NCBI GenBank assembly: GCA_965223345.1
Contig: CBDCWG010000012.1
Location: 512,001-576,000, forward strand
Direction of reading: 5' to 3'
Source: Nitrospinales bacterium
Lineage (GTDB): Bacteria > Nitrospinota > Nitrospinia > Nitrospinales > VA-1
DNA: 64,000 nt
Below the pieces are notes generated by a model. That model made no database searches and was not told the origin of the DNA. It was given only the letters and a program-made list of their open reading frames with translations. Positions 22,672 to 32,158 of this stretch are shown here, piece by piece (positions within the stretch are counted from its first letter, which is position 1; every line of letters begins with the position of its first letter). Made by a program: the position numbers and the translations under genes.

Positions 22672-22993
22672 CCGGGGCCGCGACCCCTTTTTAGAAAAAC
22701 AAACGACCCGCATCGGCAACGGTTTCCGAACCGATTCGGGCGCATTCGGGTTTTACAGGCCGGCAATCGATTGCCGGATTTGGGCGTGAACGGCAGGCCG
22801 GGGAACGGATTCCTCCCGCGCCTCGCCCTTTGCGGGCTCCGAACCACCTGTGACCACCCCGCTTTCCGCCGCCCCCGCTCTTTCTTCAACCTGCTGATTG
22901 TCCAGCCCTTCCCCCATTATTTTCATCCCTTTTCGAGCGCAATCGTACTAAAATAGCCCTGTTCCCCACCCGCGCACCCTGCCCTGGAACGTT

Positions 22994-24787
22994 TTGTCAC
23001 AAGAGGCGAAATTGCACCATCACACACACGTATTGAATCCGGTATACAGAGCTCCCATCCACCCCGGTCCCCGGCAAGCCCGCTACTCATGGCGGCTGAT
23101 GGCTTTGCTTGCCCTGATGTTATCCGGCTGCGGTCCCGGAACCTTCGGGGGAACCTGGGCGGAGATCCTGTCCCCCTCCGGTAAAGAAACCCAAGCACCG
23201 TCACAAGCCAAGACGCAGGCCCCGCGCACGGATAAGAACACGGGCCCGGAGACAATCCGCCGGGTCGCCGGGCTCTCGCTGGCGAAACTGTACGGGGCGC
23301 CCAACCGCGAACGCGGCATCCTGCCGCTCGCCCTCAGCAACGCCTACAACGGCTATTCGGTGACGTCCTGCGATCTCAACGGCGATAAGGTGGACGACGT
23401 CATCGTCGGCGCGCCGGAATCGGAGGGCATCCTTCCTGAAACCACGCGTTCGGGATGGGTGTACGTGGTGTTCGGCAACGCCTCGCTGCCTGCGAAGCTG
23501 GATCTGAAAACCCAGGCGGATGCGGGATTCTGGGGCGGCAAGGGATCGGGCGTCAACCGCCTGGGACATTCCCTGGTGTGTGCGGATTTCAACGGCGATG
23601 CGATCCCGGACCTCGCGCTGGGCGCGCCGCACGCGCGCAGCCGCCCTTTCAACCGCATGCTTTCCGGCAGCGTGTACCTTATCTTCGGGCGTCCCACGCT
23701 CAAAGGAACGCTCGATGTGTCGAAACAGGCGGATGTGGTGCTCACGGGCGCGGAAGAGGGGGACCGGGCGGGCTCGGCGCTGGCGGCGGGGGATGTGAAC
23801 GGCGACGGCATCGCCGATCTGATCGTCGGCGCTCCCGGCGGCTACGGCTACCAGAACCAGGAACCCGGAGCCGGAGAAACCTATGTGATCCTCGGGCGGC
23901 CGCGTTTTCCCAGGGGCATCGACCTGTTCAAAAACTGGAACAGCCGGATTTTCGGGATCGACGGTTCGGAGTTCACGCTTTCGTTCAACCAGAGCCCGCC
24001 GGACCAGAGCGGCTTTGCGGTGGGCTCGGGCGATGTGAACGGGGACAACCTCGACGATGTGATCATCGGCGCTCCCTTTAGCGACGGGTTTTTGAACCAG
24101 GATGCGGAGGCGGGAGAAGCGTACGTGATCTATGGCCGCAAGAAGCTCGCCAAGAACCTGCATCTGGGCCGGCACGCGGACATCACGTTTTACGGGGCGC
24201 AGGCGGGCGATCGGGCGGGCTCGGTGTTCCAGATGGGTCGTCTCGATAAAAACAGCCGCGCTCTTTTGATCGGCTCGCCGGGCGCGGTGCAAAAATCCAG
24301 CAGGAAGCTGCGCCGCGGCCTCTGGCACGCTTTCAAAAACCAGCAGGAGCACCCCAGGACCTATCATCTGAAAGATGCGGCGTACGTTTACCGCGGGCAT
24401 TCGGCCTGCGGCAAACCGGATCCCACGAAGACAAACTCCCTGTCCCACGCTCTCGGCTATTCGGCGGCGCTTCTGGATTTGAACCGCGACGGGCGCGACA
24501 ACCTGGTGGCGGGCGTCCCCTGTTCGGAGGGCGCGGATGGGAAGAAAAATTCCGGCGCCATCGTTTTTTTCCGCGACGCGTTTGACAAAAGATTCATCGC
24601 CCCCTCGGTGGTGTTTCAACCGGAAGGCGGGCGGGAGGATGAATATTTCGGCTACGCGCTGTCCCGGGGCGACGTGAACGGCAACGGCAAGATCGATCTT
24701 CTGGTCGGCGCGCCGGGGCTGAAGCGCGGCGGCAAGGGGGCGCACAGCGGCGGTGTGTACATCCTCAAAGACCTCGCCGATCCCTGA
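22994..24787 (+). CDS. FG-GAP / integrin-alpha repeat beta-propeller protein (probable lipoprotein)
   Basis: Repeated 'DxNGDxxxDxxxGAP' units with 'G.VYVxFG' spacers; lipobox LSGC; start uncertain. Confidence 0.9.
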   Translation: MSQEAKLHHHTHVLNPVYRAPIHPGPRQARYSWRLMALLALMLSGCGPGTFGGTWAEILSPSGKETQAPSQAKTQAPRTDKNTGPETIRRVAGLSLAKLYGAPNRERGILPLALSNAYNGYSVTSCDLNGDKVDDVIVGAPESEGILPETTRSGWVYVVFGNASLPAKLDLKTQADAGFWGGKGSGVNRLGHSLVCADFNGDAIPDLALGAPHARSRPFNRMLSGSVYLIFGRPTLKGTLDVSKQADVVLTGAEEGDRAGSALAAGDVNGDGIADLIVGAPGGYGYQNQEPGAGETYVILGRPRFPRGIDLFKNWNSRIFGIDGSEFTLSFNQSPPDQSGFAVGSGDVNGDNLDDVIIGAPFSDGFLNQDAEAGEAYVIYGRKKLAKNLHLGRHADITFYGAQAGDRAGSVFQMGRLDKNSRALLIGSPGAVQKSSRKLRRGLWHAFKNQQEHPRTYHLKDAAYVYRGHSACGKPDPTKTNSLSHALGYSAALLDLNRDGRDNLVAGVPCSEGADGKKNSGAIVFFRDAFDKRFIAPSVVFQPEGGREDEYFGYALSRGDVNGNGKIDLLVGAPGLKRGGKGAHSGGVYILKDLADP

Positions 24788-24809
24788 ACGTTGCCTCCAG
24801 AAAAAAGAA

Positions 24810-24836
24810 AAAGGCCCCGCGGGATGCGGGGCCTTT
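24810..24836. terminator. Bidirectional terminator between convergent genes
   Basis: AAAGGCCCCGC-GGGAT-GCGGGGCCTTT with A-run on the left. Confidence 0.85.
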
Positions 24837-24858
24837 GGTTCCACTCAACCGGCAAGCT

Positions 24859-26115
24859 CTAAAAACCGAAGCGCGCGTTCAGGCGAATGGATTCGGAATT
24901 TTCATCCCTGGCGTTCGCCAGGTTGCCGCCCGCATTGCTTTTGAAGTTCACATACTCCAGGTTCAGCTTCACGTTCGGCACCGGATGGTACTGCAAAGAC
25001 AGCACCCACTGGTTTTCGAACGCGGCGCTGTCGTTGGTGTCGTGCCAGTCGTAGCGCGCCAGCCCGAGCCATTTCTCGGTGAGCATGTAGGTTCCCTCGA
25101 CGGTGCCGCTGGTGGCCTGGTAGGTGTCGGCGGTGCGGCCCGGCTCGGCGAAGTTCAGAAATTCGCCGCCGAAAAACTGGTAGGCGCCGGCGACGACGTT
25201 CAGTTTATCCTGAAAAAAGGAAAACTGGATGTTGCCGCCGAGGGTGTAGGTGTTGTTGGTGTCATCGGGTGCTGCGAGGGCGGCAGCGGGCGAGAGGTTG
25301 TCGTCGGAATCGCCGATGTTGTCGCCGCGAAACAAGAACGAAACAGTGTGGTCTAAAATGTCCTGATTCAGGATCAGGTAATACATCTGCCCGAAACTGT
25401 CTTCCGCGCCGCTGCGGTTGTCGTTGCCGACCCCCAGCGCATAGCGGAATCCCCTCTCGACGAACTGGCCGTTGAGTTCCACGCCCGCATTGGTGAAGGT
25501 CACGTTGTCGTCGCGCGCACCGGAATCGGGCGCAGCGGACCCGGAAGCCATGCCCGCCGCCGAGGTCTGGATCAGGTAGGTGCTCTCGGTCAAGCGGCGC
25601 GGATTGGACAGGTAGTAGTTGTCCACGTTGAAATCGCCGAATTTGATGTTGAGCGCGCTGTCGGGCAGGATGTCGTCGAACTGGATGAGCGGCGCGTTGG
25701 CGTCGGTGAGTGCATCGATGAAGTAGGAAATGCGCGGTCCCAGCGTGCCGCCGCTGAACAGCTCGACGCCGCCGTCCACCAGCTCGGTGGTCTGGGTTTT
25801 GTCACCGGCGCTGTCGGTGCGGGTGAAAACGGCGCCGACCCGGGCGATGGCGGCCAGCGGGATGATCTTGCTCTCCCAGATGTAATCGCCCACTTCGCCG
25901 GGCATGCGGTAACCGCGGTTCTTGAACTCGATGCCGGTCTTGTTCAGCTTGGGAAACTGAACGTGGCAGGTGCGGCAGTTGACGCCGTATTTACGGGCGA
26001 ATGCCGGAATGGCCTCGGAATCCTGCGGGATGCCCCAGACCCCCGCCAGGATGGCCAGGGTCACCCCCCAGAGTATCCATTTTCTTTTGTTCATTGCCTT
26101 CCCCTTTCCTTTCAT
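24859..26115 (-). CDS. Cyc2-like fused monoheme cytochrome c / outer-membrane porin
   Basis: Signal peptide, then 'AIPAFARKYGVNCRTCH..FPKLN..G..FK..GY'; beta-strand-rich body; C-terminal Phe (NARFGF); start may be 26094. Confidence 0.8.
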   Translation of the reverse strand: MKGKGKAMNKRKWILWGVTLAILAGVWGIPQDSEAIPAFARKYGVNCRTCHVQFPKLNKTGIEFKNRGYRMPGEVGDYIWESKIIPLAAIARVGAVFTRTDSAGDKTQTTELVDGGVELFSGGTLGPRISYFIDALTDANAPLIQFDDILPDSALNIKFGDFNVDNYYLSNPRRLTESTYLIQTSAAGMASGSAAPDSGARDDNVTFTNAGVELNGQFVERGFRYALGVGNDNRSGAEDSFGQMYYLILNQDILDHTVSFLFRGDNIGDSDDNLSPAAALAAPDDTNNTYTLGGNIQFSFFQDKLNVVAGAYQFFGGEFLNFAEPGRTADTYQATSGTVEGTYMLTEKWLGLARYDWHDTNDSAAFENQWVLSLQYHPVPNVKLNLEYVNFKSNAGGNLANARDENSESIRLNARFGF

Positions 26116-26164
26116 TGCTTCCGGTTGTTCAAAGATTTCCGCCTCTTTGCAGTTTTATGAAAAT

Positions 26165-26183
26165 GAAAATGATAATCATAATA
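26165..26183. promoter_or_regulatory. Fur box
   Basis: GAAAATGATAATCATAATA, 16/19 match to GATAATGATAATCATTATC, extended by extra ATGAAA hexamers; 50 nt upstream of the cytochrome-porin. Confidence 0.8.
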
Positions 26184-26597
26184 GGAGTAAAAACAAGGGA
26201 AAAATCGCTCACGGGAGCACTTCCGACACACGAAACGACTTATAATATTGTTATTTAATGGGTTTTTAGCATTGCGCGGCCGGGGTCAGGGCAGACTCTC
26301 CCCCTCCCCCATATTCTCAAAATAACCGGTCTTGCGGCCGGTGGTTTTTTATGAACCGTGAGGAAGATTCCGCCCAACCCTGTGCGGGACAGTACATGGA
26401 GGGGCAACGCCTGAAAAAGGCGGTGGGTGTCCCTACGTTCCACATAAACGTTTTCCTCGCAACAGAATCGGGTAAAATTGTTGCCGGTCCTTTCCGTGCC
26501 CGTATTCCGGGTTGAGTGTTGGCCACTTTTTGAGAAATGGTGTTTCCAAAGCCATGCAGCCGCTTTTTTGTTTTTCCCCGCACATTCAACCTCAAGG

Positions 26598-27425
26598 ATG
26601 AAAATGTCGAAGAGTCCATTGCCGGTGCCTGTCGAGCAGCAGTCCTGGCCGCTGCCGCAACGAGATACCTGGTCCACGCCGTTTGCGGAGGTTCTGATGG
26701 AGCGGCTGGAGCTGTTCTCCGGCGCTTCGGTGCTGGACATCGCCTCCGGCAGCGGCATTCCCGCGTTCCACATCGCCGAGCAGGTGGGCCCGCAGGGCCA
26801 GGTTCTGGCTGTGGACCTGCATCCGGCGCAGATCGCGCGGGCCCGGTCCATCCAGGGAACGCGGCTGCCCTGGCTGCGGTTCGAGCTGGGGGACATGCGC
26901 GCGCTGCCGCCGAACCTCGGCCGTTTCGACCGCATCACCGGCAACATCGCCTTCATGTTTTTCCGCCCCGACCGGCCGGCGGCGCTGGCGAACCTGGTGC
27001 GTTTGCTGAAACCGGGAGGCCAGATGGTGCTCACCTTCCCCTCGCTGGGGACGTTCGATTCCATCTGGCAGCGGGTCGATCGGGAAATGCAGGCGCACGG
27101 ATTGGTAAAGGAACGGGAAGCGTTGCAGGAATACATCGACGAGCGCCCCTCGGCGGCGGATGCGAAACGCTGGTGTGAAGAACTCGGCATGCAAAACGTG
27201 GAAACGGTAGAACGACCGCTGGAAATCGAGTCCGGCCCCGGCGAGGAATTTCTGTTTCACCCTTTGCTGCGCGGCGGCTTTCTCGAAGATGCGTACGAAT
27301 GCTTTGAGGATCCCCGGCTAGCCGACACGGTGATGAACGCGGTGGCTGAAGATCTCGAAAGCTTCAAGCCGCTTCTGGCGCTGCGCTGCGCGCTTTCGGC
27401 CTGGCAGCCGGATTCCGCGTCGTGA
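26598..27425 (+). CDS. Class I SAM-dependent methyltransferase
   Basis: 'VLDIASGSG', 'AVDL', 'LGDM', 'LLKPGG'. Confidence 0.88.
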   Translation: MKMSKSPLPVPVEQQSWPLPQRDTWSTPFAEVLMERLELFSGASVLDIASGSGIPAFHIAEQVGPQGQVLAVDLHPAQIARARSIQGTRLPWLRFELGDMRALPPNLGRFDRITGNIAFMFFRPDRPAALANLVRLLKPGGQMVLTFPSLGTFDSIWQRVDREMQAHGLVKEREALQEYIDERPSAADAKRWCEELGMQNVETVERPLEIESGPGEEFLFHPLLRGGFLEDAYECFEDPRLADTVMNAVAEDLESFKPLLALRCALSAWQPDSAS

Positions 27426-27486
27426 GCGGCGCTGCGAACGTTCGCACCGGCTTGTCCGCCCTCCACACACTCTTTAACAGGCAACG

Positions 27487-28197
27487 ATGACGGCCCTTTC
27501 CCCGAAAGCCGATTGCCGGTTGTGCGGCACCGCTTCGCCGCTGTTTTTCGCCGACCGCCGCCGGTTTTTCAAATGCCCGGAATGCGCGTTGATCTTCACT
27601 CTGGAGACGGCGGAAAAAAGCGCGGAAGAGGCGCATTACAAAAAGCAGTGGGCGGAGACCGATCCGGGATTCTGGAAGGGGCAGGTGGATGTGCTGTTGC
27701 GGCTCATCGAGCGGTACCGCGCGCCGCGGCACCTTCTGGATTTCGGTTCCGGGTCCGGCGCCATGACGGAGGAATTTCAGCGGCGCGGACTCAAGGTGAC
27801 GCCTCTGGAACCGATGATCCACGGATATTTGAAGGATCAGAATTTTTCCTGTACCTTCGACGTGGTGGTGGCGGTGGAGGTGATCGAACACCTTCCGGGT
27901 CTCTGGCAGGAGTTGAAACAGATCGAACGCGTGCTCGATCAGGATGGCATCGTGGTGTTCAGCACGCTGTTGACCAATTCCTTCATCGACGCGGCCGACG
28001 CCCAACAGCAGTTTGCCGAATGGTGGTACAAGGACGATCCCACACATGTGAGTTTTTTCTGCAACCGGGCGTTGGGCAAATTGGCCGATCTGGGCCCCTA
28101 CGACATCGACATCTTCGGAAACAATGTTTTCGTTTTGAAACGCGCACAACACACGGACGAAACCACTTTTTATCCCTCACCCCCAGGAATGTTTTGA
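27487..28197 (+). CDS. SAM methyltransferase with N-terminal zinc-binding motif
   Basis: 'CRLC..CPEC', 'LDFGSGSG', 'EVIEH', 'WWYKDDPTHVSFF'. Confidence 0.88.
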   Translation: MTALSPKADCRLCGTASPLFFADRRRFFKCPECALIFTLETAEKSAEEAHYKKQWAETDPGFWKGQVDVLLRLIERYRAPRHLLDFGSGSGAMTEEFQRRGLKVTPLEPMIHGYLKDQNFSCTFDVVVAVEVIEHLPGLWQELKQIERVLDQDGIVVFSTLLTNSFIDAADAQQQFAEWWYKDDPTHVSFFCNRALGKLADLGPYDIDIFGNNVFVLKRAQHTDETTFYPSPPGMF

Positions 28198-28201
28198 GCT
28201 C

Positions 28202-29206
28202 ATGAGAATTATCGAAGTGTTAGCCGACGACAGTTATTTGAGCGCCGTGCACGAGGTGGCGAAAAAAAACGAGGCCGCCGATTACTGGGTGGGCCCCAGG
28301 GGGGAGGACGCGCGCCGGGTGGTGCGTTTTCTGGTGAAACCGGATTTCAGGCAGGAAACCCTCGATTCTCTGCAAGCCATCCTGGGCCACAGCGATTCGG
28401 CGCGCATCAATGTGATTCCCGTTGAAGTGACGCTGCCGCGTGAAGAAAAAGAAGAAAAAGCCGACACGGAAAGGAAAGACAAAAAGGATTCCGTCGCCGC
28501 GACGCGGGAGGAAATGTACAACAGCGTCGAAAAAAGCGCCCGCCTGGACGATACGTTTCTGCTGCTGGTTTTCTTCTCGACGGTGGTCGTCGCCATCGGT
28601 CTGTTGGAAGACAACGTGGCGGTGGTGATCGGCGCGATGGTGATCGCGCCGCTTCTGGGCCCCAACATCGCACTCGCACTGGGGACGGCGCTGGGCGACA
28701 CCGCCCTGATGTGGAAAGCCTTCAAAACCACGCTGGCCGGGGTGATGCTGGCGCTGGGCCTGACGTTTTTCATCGGCATGGTCTGGCCCTTGAATGTGGA
28801 AAGCGAGGAATTGCTGGCGCGCACCCGGGTCGGCCTGGATTCCGCCGCGCTGGCGTTCGCTTCCGGCGCTGCCGGCGTGCTGGCGCTCACCACCGGGCTT
28901 CCCAGCGTGCTGGTGGGCGTGATGGTGGCGGTGGCGCTGTTGCCGCCGACCGCCACGCTGGGCCTGTTTCTGGGCGCGGGCGATTTCGATCTCGCCTACC
29001 GCGCGGGACTGCTTTTGGCCATCAACATCGTGTCCGTGAACCTGGCCGCCAAGATCACCTTCATGGTCAAGGGCGTGAAACCGAGAACCTGGCTGGAGAA
29101 ACAGAAAGCGCGCCAGTCCATGTCCCTTTATATCCTGTTCTGGCTGATCTCTTTGGCCGTGCTGCTGGGCGCGATCTATTTTCTGCGGGAAATCCCCGGC
29201 ACCTGA
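28202..29206 (+). CDS. TIGR00341/DUF389 family membrane protein
   Basis: 'VVIGAMVIAPLLGP', 'ELLART', 'VGVMVAVALLPP'. Confidence 0.9.
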   Translation: MRIIEVLADDSYLSAVHEVAKKNEAADYWVGPRGEDARRVVRFLVKPDFRQETLDSLQAILGHSDSARINVIPVEVTLPREEKEEKADTERKDKKDSVAATREEMYNSVEKSARLDDTFLLLVFFSTVVVAIGLLEDNVAVVIGAMVIAPLLGPNIALALGTALGDTALMWKAFKTTLAGVMLALGLTFFIGMVWPLNVESEELLARTRVGLDSAALAFASGAAGVLALTTGLPSVLVGVMVAVALLPPTATLGLFLGAGDFDLAYRAGLLLAINIVSVNLAAKITFMVKGVKPRTWLEKQKARQSMSLYILFWLISLAVLLGAIYFLREIPGT

Positions 29207-29565
29207 CGGGTTCGCGCTTCCGAAACGCGGACCTGCCCACTGCAATGCCTTTACCCGCTCCACCGCCCTTCCACTTTTGCAAATCACAGGAAAAACCGTG
29301 TCGTAAACCCTCGCCGTCGAACGGACGCTTTCGGGATAGCGATTTTTAAGAAACAAATTTGTTCGAATCTGCGAACTTTCCGGTTTTTTGTGTGGGCCGG
29401 GTCCCGGCGCAGCCTGTTCTGGCGCGGCTTTTCGGGCATCGGATATCGAAAACGGTGTTTGATTTTTGCGCAATGTTTCGATAACTTAAACAAAAAACCA
29501 TGCAAGTAACAGGGAATTTTCAAAAACCCTTGCACTTATAAACAATTCAATCGAGGGGGCGTATC

Positions 29566-29994
29566 ATGCAGGCAGCCCGGAAAACGGTAACGGAGATCCA
29601 TTCCGTTTTGGACAGGTTTCGTGTTGGATATGGCAAAAAAGACATTCGCATTCTACTGAACCTGTTCGCACCGGACCCTGATGTGACCATCATCGGTACG
29701 GGGGAAGACGAAAAACGCACCGGTCTCGACGAAATCAAGCGGCAGTTCGAGCGGGATTTTTTCCAGTCCGAAGAATTGAACGTGCGTTTCGAAAATATAT
29801 CGGTCTCGCAGCTGGGCTCGGTTTGCTGGGTTGCGGGAGACACGCATGTGGAGTACACCCTGCAGGGGCAGGCCATGCAGGCTTACGTGCGCTTCACGGC
29901 GGTGCTGGAAAACCGCAACGGCAAATGGCTGTTCGTGCAGACGCACTTTTCCGTGCCGTTCGCGGAGCAGGTGGAAAACAGCTCGCTTTCCTGA
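29566..29994 (+). CDS. SnoaL/NTF2-like protein
   Basis: 'IGTGEDEKRTG', 'RFTAVL..RNGKWLFVQTHFS'; RBS GAGGGG. Confidence 0.85.
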   Translation: MQAARKTVTEIHSVLDRFRVGYGKKDIRILLNLFAPDPDVTIIGTGEDEKRTGLDEIKRQFERDFFQSEELNVRFENISVSQLGSVCWVAGDTHVEYTLQGQAMQAYVRFTAVLENRNGKWLFVQTHFSVPFAEQVENSSLS

Positions 29995-30016
29995 AGCGCC
30001 CTTTCAGGCGCTTTTT
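29994..30016 (+). terminator. Rho-independent terminator
   Basis: AAGCGCC-CTTTCA-GGCGCTT followed by TTT directly after the stop codon. Confidence 0.65.
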
Positions 30017-30184
30017 AAAATACAGGCTGCGGTCGCCGTTCCGAGCGAATGCGATGTGGGGCGTCGCAACACGGGAGCGGCGCCGGCCACGGGTTTCGCC
30101 TGCGATAGGCGCGCGTCGCCGTTCTGTGCGTTCGGAATGCGCCCGGGCGCGCTCGTGTGAGGAACCGGATCGCCAAAATCGGGC

Positions 30185-30223
30185 AGAAAAAAAGCCCCGC
30201 TTTGTGAAAAGCGGGGCTTTTCT
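30185..30223. terminator. Bidirectional rho-independent terminator
   Basis: AAAAAAAGCCCCGCTTT-GTGA-AAAGCGGGGCTTTT. Confidence 0.9.
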
Positions 30224-30225
30224 GT

Positions 30226-30363
30226 AAAAAGGAGCTTCCAGGCGCAACTAGCAGTTGTCTCCGGAAGCTCCCCTTATACTCTGACTAGACAAGGGATCAC
30301 CTCCTTTCATCCAGGGGGTGAACCACCGCCGCAAAGCCTCCCCTGGCGACCTTGCGCGGCTCA
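30226..30363 (-). ncRNA. Candidate structured small RNA / micropeptide mRNA with 15-nt complement to the 16S rRNA 3' end
   Basis: Minus strand: CCAGGGG/CCCCTGG stem, GAAAGGAGGTGATCC, TTG-start 14-codon ORF (30292-30248), GGAGCTTCC/GGAAGCTCC hairpin plus U5 tail; candidate promoter upstream. Confidence 0.55.
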
Positions 30364-30425
30364 ACGTTAATACATTGACCTAATTTCTTCAAAATGTCAA
30401 CCACCCCAAACGGGCGTATTGCGGT

Positions 30426-31241
30426 CTATTTTCCCAACAAGCCGCTCACCGCCGAGCCGATTTCGCCGGCTCCCTTCTCCAGCGCTTTCTGGGCTTCGCC
30501 GGCGTTTTTGCCGAGTACCTCCTTCGCTGCGTCCCCGGCGGCGCCGGACACCTGCTCGATGGCCTTGTCTACACCCAATGTCTTCACGGCGTTGCCGGTG
30601 ATGTCGCCGATGGCGTCGAGGATCTTCTTCACCACTTCCTCGGGCGACGCGCCGCCCTTGTCCTTGCCGATGTCCTTCAAGTGAACGGTGGGCAGACCGA
30701 CACTCATTTTTTTCCCGCCCAGGCCGACCGCGCTGACGCTGACTTTTCCTTCACGGATGTACAGGTTTTCGATGATGAGCTTTTTGCCGCCCCCTCCCGT
30801 ATCTTTGGAATCCGCGCCGCCTTTTTGCGGCGAGCCGGAGCTCTCGCCTCCGGTGATGTTGCGCTTGAGCGCGTCGAGATTGCTGCCCTGCGCCCCCCTC
30901 TCGTAGGTGACCTGCGGCGCGAGCAGATTGACCTCTTTGATAACCACGGTGTTGCCGGCGATCGTTCCCATGTCGATGTGGACGTCCACTTTATCCAGCT
31001 CGAGTGCGGATTCGGTCTCGAAGCCATCGGGATTGCTCACGCGCAATCCACTCAGGCTGCCCTTTCCGGAACTGGCTGAGATATCGGTCTGATTCAACCG
31101 GACATCGGCTTTGAGAATTTCGGTCCCGTATTTTTCCACCGCCATGGTGACCAGCGTGTCGAGTGAAATGAAAAGGAAAAACACCACGATGCAGGTGAGG
31201 GCGACCACCATGGCCACGGTTATCAAAACTGTCTTCTTCAT
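30426..31241 (-). CDS. AsmA-like membrane-anchored hypothetical protein
   Basis: N-terminal TM; 'GLRVSNPDGF', 'VVIKEV...P.VTYE...SNL'. Confidence 0.75.
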   Translation of the reverse strand: MKKTVLITVAMVVALTCIVVFFLFISLDTLVTMAVEKYGTEILKADVRLNQTDISASSGKGSLSGLRVSNPDGFETESALELDKVDVHIDMGTIAGNTVVIKEVNLLAPQVTYERGAQGSNLDALKRNITGGESSGSPQKGGADSKDTGGGGKKLIIENLYIREGKVSVSAVGLGGKKMSVGLPTVHLKDIGKDKGGASPEEVVKKILDAIGDITGNAVKTLGVDKAIEQVSGAAGDAAKEVLGKNAGEAQKALEKGAGEIGSAVSGLLGK

Positions 31242-31497
31242 ATTCCATCCTGATTGGTTTGAGTTTATGTCTCTGCTTGCATCATATTCCAAAACGAAAC
31301 AATTAAGAAGCCTTTTGTCATAGCGGATATCGACAATTCACAGCGTTTTCCTGCTGCACCAATGAGGCGCAAAAGGGATTTTCGTTCTGATTTCGCGCCA
31401 TCCGGCCATCGGGCCGGAATTCACTTTAATCGCCCCGGCAACGCCGCATTCGTGGTACAACGCTTTCTTACAATCCATCTCACAAGGAAGGGCCGTC

Positions 31498-32040
31498 ATG
31501 ATTTTTTTACATATAAGGAAAGCCGCGATCCGGCTTGCGACGCTGTTGCTCCTGCTGCTGTTTTGTTCCGTTTCCACACACGCGGACGCAGCGGCAAAAC
31601 CGGACAAAACCGCCCTCGTCAAAAAACTGCTCGCGGTGTCGGGCATCGAAGATCAGCTCGCTTATATGAAAGACGGCGTGTTGGGCTCCTTCGCGCAAAT
31701 GATCACCGCTTCTTACCCCAAGGTGCCCAAAGCGTTCTGGAAAGACTTCAACAACCTGATGGGCGAACAGGAGATGGACGCGCTCATCGATGCGGTGGTG
31801 CCGGTGTACGCAAAGCGCATGAGTACGGAAACGATCGAAAAACTGGTGGCGATGTTCGAGACGCCGTTCTGGCAGGAATGGAAAGAGCAGATGCCGGCGA
31901 TCAGCCGCGAGGCCGGGCAGATCGGCCAGAAGTGGGCGATGGGGTTCACGCAGTCGAAAGAGTTTCAGAAGCGGATCGGCGCGCTGGTTGCCAAACACAA
32001 ATTGGAAACACTGAACGCAGAAGATGAAAAGAAGAAATGA
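31498..32040 (+). CDS. DUF2059 family exported protein
   Basis: Signal peptide; 'VPVYAKRMS...LVAMFETP', 'GQKWA'. Confidence 0.8.
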   Translation: MIFLHIRKAAIRLATLLLLLLFCSVSTHADAAAKPDKTALVKKLLAVSGIEDQLAYMKDGVLGSFAQMITASYPKVPKAFWKDFNNLMGEQEMDALIDAVVPVYAKRMSTETIEKLVAMFETPFWQEWKEQMPAISREAGQIGQKWAMGFTQSKEFQKRIGALVAKHKLETLNAEDEKKK

Positions 32041-32158
32041 AACGGTGGAAACAAATCCAGAACCACCGTCGTGAAATTTCTATCAGGGTTTCACCTTAAG
32101 CAACTGCTAAAGCTAATTCTGTGTTCGAGGCTCAATCAATCCTCCTTTCTGTTAGCCA

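Noticed and set aside
30294..30308. 16S rRNA gene or fragment
   Set aside because: Only the terminal 15 nt match; the flanks do not resemble helix 44/45 or an ITS, so it is treated as an extended Shine-Dalgarno on the minus strand
30315..30360. c-di-GMP-I riboswitch, suggested by CGCAAAGCCTCC on the + strand
   Set aside because: Lacks the GGCAAA-P2-GNRA arm and tetraloop receptor, and no gene lies downstream on that strand
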